Shown here piece after piece: positions 59,563-64,000 of a stretch of 64,000 nucleotides of DNA (position 1 is the stretch's first letter; the number at the start of each line of letters is the position of its first letter). The translations under genes were made by a program, and so were the position numbers. The DNA is from Alphaproteobacteria bacterium (GTDB lineage Bacteria; Pseudomonadota; Alphaproteobacteria; Bin95). Under the pieces are notes generated by a model. It did not search any database and was not told where the DNA came from. It saw nothing but the letters and a program-made list of their open reading frames with translations. The stretch lies in assembly GCA_964291285.2 (NCBI GenBank), contig OZ219787.1, positions 64,001 through 128,000 of the forward strand, given 5' to 3'.

Positions 59563-60687
59563 ATGGCGAAGACTACCCTCACCGAGGCGCGCGTGAAGGC
59601 GCTCAAGCCCCGCAGGTCCGTCCGCGAGGTCCGCGACGGCAGGCTGAGGGGGTTCGGCGTCCGTGTGTCGCCCTCGGGCCGCAAGCAGTTCTTCATCCAC
59701 TGCCAGCATCGCGGCGCGCGTATCTGGAAGATCGTCGGCGACGCCGGGTCGATGAGCGTCACGGACGCGCGGGCGGCGGCTGCGGAGATGCTTGCCGCCA
59801 TCAGGCGCGGCGGGGAGGCGCCGCCTGCGCCGGACGAGACGCTCTTCGAGGCCGTCGCCGAAACCGTGTTCGAGCGCCATGAGCGCCTCTGGAAAGCCGG
59901 AACGCTCGCTGTCAACCGCAGCTATCTGCGCAACCGGCTTCTGCCGCATTTCGCCGGGCGTCCGGTTGCCGCCATCGACCGGCAGGAGGTAAGGAACTGG
60001 TTCGCCCGCCTGCGCGCGGTGCCGGTGGCGGCGGACCGGTCGATGCCGGTGCTGTCCGTCATCATGAGGGAGGCGGAGGCCATGGGCCTGCGCCCGGAGG
60101 GGTCCAACCCCTGCCGGGGCATCAGGCGCTACCGCCGCAAGGGCCGCGAGCGGTTCCTCTGCGACGAGGAAATCCACCGCCTGTCCGCGCGGCTCAAGGC
60201 GCATGAGGCCCGCTGGCCGCAGCATGTCGCCGTCATTCGCCTGCTGCTGCTGACCGGCTGCCGCAAGGGCGAGATCCTCACCCTGCAATGGTCCGACTGC
60301 CGCGAAGGCCGCCTCTTTCTCCGCGACTCCAAGACGGGGCCCCGGACGGTCTGGCTCTCCGAACCGGCCCGGGCCGTTCTCGACGGCCTTGAGCGGAAAG
60401 GCCGCCATGTGTTCCCGGCCCCGGATAGCGGGCGAGCCCGGAGCGGAAGCTGGCTGGACCACTTCTGGCGCAGGGTCCGCGCCGAGGCGGACCTGGAGGA
60501 CGCCCGCCTTCACGATTTGCGCCATACGCATGCGAGCCTTGCCCTCCGGCAGGGCGAGACCGTGCTCGCCATCGGCCGGCTGCTCGGCCACCGCAGGCCG
60601 GAAACCACGCTGAAATATACCCATGTCGCCGACGCCATGGTGCAGGACGCAGCCGAGACCGTCGGCGCCGCGCTGGAGGCAGACTGA
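59563..60687 (+). CDS. Tyrosine recombinase/integrase A, second pair
   Basis: Full R-K-HxxR-H-Y set; paralog of 15117. Confidence 0.93.
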   Translation: MAKTTLTEARVKALKPRRSVREVRDGRLRGFGVRVSPSGRKQFFIHCQHRGARIWKIVGDAGSMSVTDARAAAAEMLAAIRRGGEAPPAPDETLFEAVAETVFERHERLWKAGTLAVNRSYLRNRLLPHFAGRPVAAIDRQEVRNWFARLRAVPVAADRSMPVLSVIMREAEAMGLRPEGSNPCRGIRRYRRKGRERFLCDEEIHRLSARLKAHEARWPQHVAVIRLLLLTGCRKGEILTLQWSDCREGRLFLRDSKTGPRTVWLSEPARAVLDGLERKGRHVFPAPDSGRARSGSWLDHFWRRVRAEADLEDARLHDLRHTHASLALRQGETVLAIGRLLGHRRPETTLKYTHVADAMVQDAAETVGAALEAD

Positions 60688-61850
60688 TGGCGGGCCGGGA
60701 ACGCATGAAGCTGACCGACGCCGCCGTCGCCCGGCTTCGCCCCCGCGAGCGGGAATATACGGTCCGGGACACGCGCATCGCCGGTCTCGGGGTCCGGGTG
60801 CGGCCCACCGGCGGGCGCAGCTGGGTGCTGCTGCTCGACAGGGACGGGCGCACGAAACGCGTTTCGCTCGGCCCGGTTGGCGTGAAGAGCGCCGCGGATG
60901 TGCGCCGGGAGGCTCTCGAACGCCAGGCGGCCCCGCAGCCGGAGAAGACTGCCAGACCGCCCGGCGCGGTCCCGCTGTTCCGGGATTTCGTCGCCGGCCC
61001 GTGGAAGGAGGCCCATTTCAACCGCTGCAAGCCGTCGGGCCAGCAAACCGCGTCCGGGATACTCCGGCGACAATTGCTTCCGGCATTCGGCCCGAAGCCG
61101 CTCGACCGCATTGCGCCGGGCCATGTCCGGCAGTGGTTCGACCGCTACAGCCGGACCGCACCCGGCGGCGCCAACCGCGCCCTCGACATCCTGCGGCAGA
61201 TCATGACCTTCGCCGCCGCCTGCGGCCACATCGAAGTCAATCCGGCCAGGGGCACAAGAAGGAACCGCCGCCCGGCACTCAAACGGTTCCTGTCCCGCGA
61301 GGAACTCGCGCGCCTGCACGGTGTTCTGGATGCACAGGCCCGAAGCCGCGACAGGCAGCAGGCCGACATCATCCGGCTGCTGCTGTTCACCGGTTGCCGC
61401 AGAGGCGAGATCACGGGCCTGCGATGGTCCGAGGTCCGCGAGGACATGCTGGCCCTCGCGGAGAGCAAGACGGGGCCGAGGACGGTCCCGCTCGGCAGAC
61501 AGGCCAGGACCATTCTCTACCGGCAGCCGCGCACGGGCAGCGCGTTCGTGTTTCCCTCGCCGCGCGACCCCGCCCGCCCGCGCAGCCCCGACCTGCCGCT
61601 CTGGTATCGGGTTCGCAAGGAAGCCGGCATTGAAGACGTTCGCCTTCATGACCTGCGCCATACCATGGCCAGCCATGCGGTGATGAACGGCGTGCCCGTC
61701 CCGGTCGTCTCCCGCCTGCTCGGCCATTCCAATGTGCGCATGACGCTGCGCTACGCTCATCTCGCCGACCGCGACATCGAAGCCGCCGCGGAACGCGTCG
61801 GGCAGGCGATGGCGCGGGCCATGAGGGGCGGCCCGATAAAGCCCCGGTGA
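60687..61850 (+). CDS. Tyrosine recombinase/integrase B, second pair
   Basis: Full catalytic set; paralog of 16242; TGATG-coupled. Confidence 0.93.
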   Translation: MAGRERMKLTDAAVARLRPREREYTVRDTRIAGLGVRVRPTGGRSWVLLLDRDGRTKRVSLGPVGVKSAADVRREALERQAAPQPEKTARPPGAVPLFRDFVAGPWKEAHFNRCKPSGQQTASGILRRQLLPAFGPKPLDRIAPGHVRQWFDRYSRTAPGGANRALDILRQIMTFAAACGHIEVNPARGTRRNRRPALKRFLSREELARLHGVLDAQARSRDRQQADIIRLLLFTGCRRGEITGLRWSEVREDMLALAESKTGPRTVPLGRQARTILYRQPRTGSAFVFPSPRDPARPRSPDLPLWYRVRKEAGIEDVRLHDLRHTMASHAVMNGVPVPVVSRLLGHSNVRMTLRYAHLADRDIEAAAERVGQAMARAMRGGPIKPR

Positions 61851-62039
61851 CGGGCCGCCCGTCCCCGGCCTCCCGTGGCCCGCCCGGCCTTCGTCATGAC
61901 CCGTGGGCGCAGCCTTCCGGACGCCGCCGCCTGCCAGCGCGCCTGAGGGTGACCCCGGCCTCGTGCGCCGCCCTGCCTGCCCCGTTGCCGTTCGCGGCCT
62001 CGCCGCCGGCAGGAACTGTCACGGCGCCGGCCCCATGTT

Positions 62040-62695
62040 CGACCGTGCGGGGTCCGCTTCCAGGCGGGCGGCGAGCCTGTCGGCGCGCGGCTCCCCAGAT
62101 CGCGCAGGACGGCGATCACGACCGGCGCGACATCCGGATGACGCAAGGCGCAGCGTCCGAGCGCCACGATCGCCTCGTCATCGCCGATCGCGCCCAGCGC
62201 CTCGACGATCCCGTCCGAGGGCGCGGCGGCGAGTTCGGCAGTCAGCATATCCCGGCCCGAAGCATCGCCCCGACGCGCCAGCGCCATCGCCGCTCCCCGG
62301 CGGATCGACGGTTCCCGGTCGGACAGCCCCTCCCGCAGCCGGGACGCCGGCACGCCCGCCCCGGACGCGAGGTCGAAGGCCGCCGTGCGCACTCCCGGAT
62401 CGTCATGGTCGAGGAACCCGGCAACGAATGCGGCCGGCAGGACCAACCCCGCCCTGGCGGCGGATTGCAACGCAACCGGCAGCAATGAAGCCGGCAGGCC
62501 CGGCGAAAGGACGATCCGCTTCAACGCGGCGTGCGCCCCGCTATCCTCCAGCCGCGCCAGGGTTTCCAGCACGGCGCACTGTTCCCGCAGCGGCCGATTG
62601 ATGCCGAAGCCGCGGAGCCGGCACCACAGACCCTCCAGCGCCGGAACCGCCGCCTGCAACGACCGCGCGACGACCTCCGCGCAGAGCGCGTCAAC
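62040..62695 (-). pseudogene. HEAT/PBS-lyase-repeat-like protein, 5'-truncated by IS1380
   Basis: FLDHDDPGVRTAA, LSDREPSIRRGAAMALA and EALGAIGD repeats. Confidence 0.6.
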
Positions 62696-64000
62696 CTAAA
62701 TCCGGCATTTGAGGATGGCGTGGCCTTGCCGAATCCCTTGTAGTCTGCGGGTATGAGCGGCTTTTCAGGGGCCGAAGAGGCTCACCCTGTGGGTGATTAT
62801 CCTGGCGCTGTGCGGGATGTCGCCCGAGCGTTCGTGAAGGTGGACACCTTCGGCGGCGCGGTTCATGTGGAATGGGACCCTGATGCGGCGGTGACGCCGC
62901 TGGGGCATCTGGCGTTTTTCGCGGAATAGCTGAAGGTGAGCGGTCGCTTTGACGCTTTGGTTGCGGACTGCCCGCTGCGGTACACGAGCCCGAACGCGCC
63001 GTCGAAGCGGGATGTCCTGGGGACGGTTCTTCTGTCGGTTCTGGCGGGGCAGTCCCGCTATGCGCACATCACGTCGCTGCGCGGCGACGGAGTGAACCCT
63101 GCGCTGCTGGGTATGGACAAGGTTGCGAGCGAGGATTCGGTGCGGCGCGGTCTGGAGCGGATCGGTGCGGATGTCGGCACATCGTGGCTTCAGGGCCATC
63201 TGGACGAGGTGGTCCGTCCGCTGCTGAGGGAGCCGTGGGTTCTGGACTGCGACACGACGATCAAGGCGCTTTACGGTCGTCAGGAGGGAGCGGTTGTGAG
63301 CTACAACCCGAAGAAGCCGGGCCGCCCCTCGCATGCCTGCCATGCGTTCCTGATGGCGGGCACGCGGCTTGTTCTGGATGTCGAGGTGGCGCCGGGCAAC
63401 CATCACCATTCGAGGCGCGCGGCGCCGTCCTTGTGGGCGTTTCTCGACCGTCTTGGGCGGGATCGCTGGCCGCGTCTGGTGCGGGGCGACAAGGACTGGG
63501 GCAGCGAGGCCAACATGTCGTCGTGCGAGGCTGCGGGTCCGGACTATCTGTTCAAGCTGCGCCTGACGAAGGGGGCGCGCCGGCTTGCCGAGCGGCTGAT
63601 GGCGCGGGACGGCCGGGAGGATGCGGGCCAGGGCTGGTCGGGGATCGGGGCCGATCTGCGTCTGCAGGGCTGGAGCCGGACGCGCCGGGTTGTGGTGCTG
63701 CGCCGGCGGCTTCCTGCGACGCTGGCGCTGACGCGTGGCGACAAGGCCCGGGGCGAGCTGTTCCGGACCGAGGCGCAGCCCGGCACCGGGGTGTGGGAGT
63801 TCGCGGTGCTGGCGACCTCGCTGGACCTGGAGATACGCTCGCTGGCCCGGCTCTACCGCGACCGGGCGGACGCGGAGAACGGCTTCGACGAGTTGAAGAA
63901 CCAGTGGGGTTGGGGCGGCTTCACCACGCGCGACCTGACGCGCTGCCGGCACATGGCCCGGCTGGTCGCGCTCATCTACAACTGGTGGAGCCTGTTCGTG
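62696..64000 (+). mobile_element. IS1380-family element with an in-frame stop; runs off the window end
   Basis: From ATG 62753: VHVEWDPDAAVTPLG, TAG at 62927, then LDCDTT, VRGD and YRDRADAENGFDELKNQWGWGGF. Confidence 0.88.

Noticed and set aside
62765-63952. 395-aa minus-strand ORF
   Set aside because: Antisense to the IS1380 transposase pseudogene on the plus strand.

Overview
GC-rich window, probably from an alphaproteobacterium (inferred from gene style and Zur-box type), made up almost entirely of accessory DNA. (1) 1.6-15 kb: a zinc-starvation island with Zur, a ZnuABC/TroABC-type transporter, one intact and one catalytically degenerate COG0523 GTPase, two WD40 proteins, a Tat-exported cyclase-family protein and four Zur-like boxes. 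(2) Tandem tyrosine-recombinase pairs at 15.1-17.5 kb and 59.6-61.9 kb, remnants at 1.3 and 38.5 kb, and a single integrase at 46.6 kb. The two pairs and the 1.3 kb remnant share a conserved non-coding leader. (3) Two inverted copies (about 18.2-22.6 kb minus, 48.8-53.1 kb plus) of a six-gene module: hypothetical, 5x Zn-ribbon repeat protein, small ORF, SSB, 75-aa ORF, DUF2493/SLOG protein. (4) Between the copies lies a defence island. It holds a type I R-M operon whose HsdS is fused to an MNT (MntA-type) nucleotidyltransferase, preceded by a HEPN toxin and followed by a Schlafen/AlbA_2-ATPase gene. It also holds a ubiquitin-like/ThiF/DUF6527 operon divergent from a CapH/CapP-like regulator pair, and a large disrupted membrane protein. 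(5) VapBC and many IS elements (IS1634, IS701, IS256, IS630 with a probable related MITE, several IS5, ISAs1, IS1380, and an unclassified 777-aa transposase), several with readable TIRs and target-site duplications. No rRNA, tRNA or CRISPR array was seen. All family assignments are by motif recognition, not database searches.
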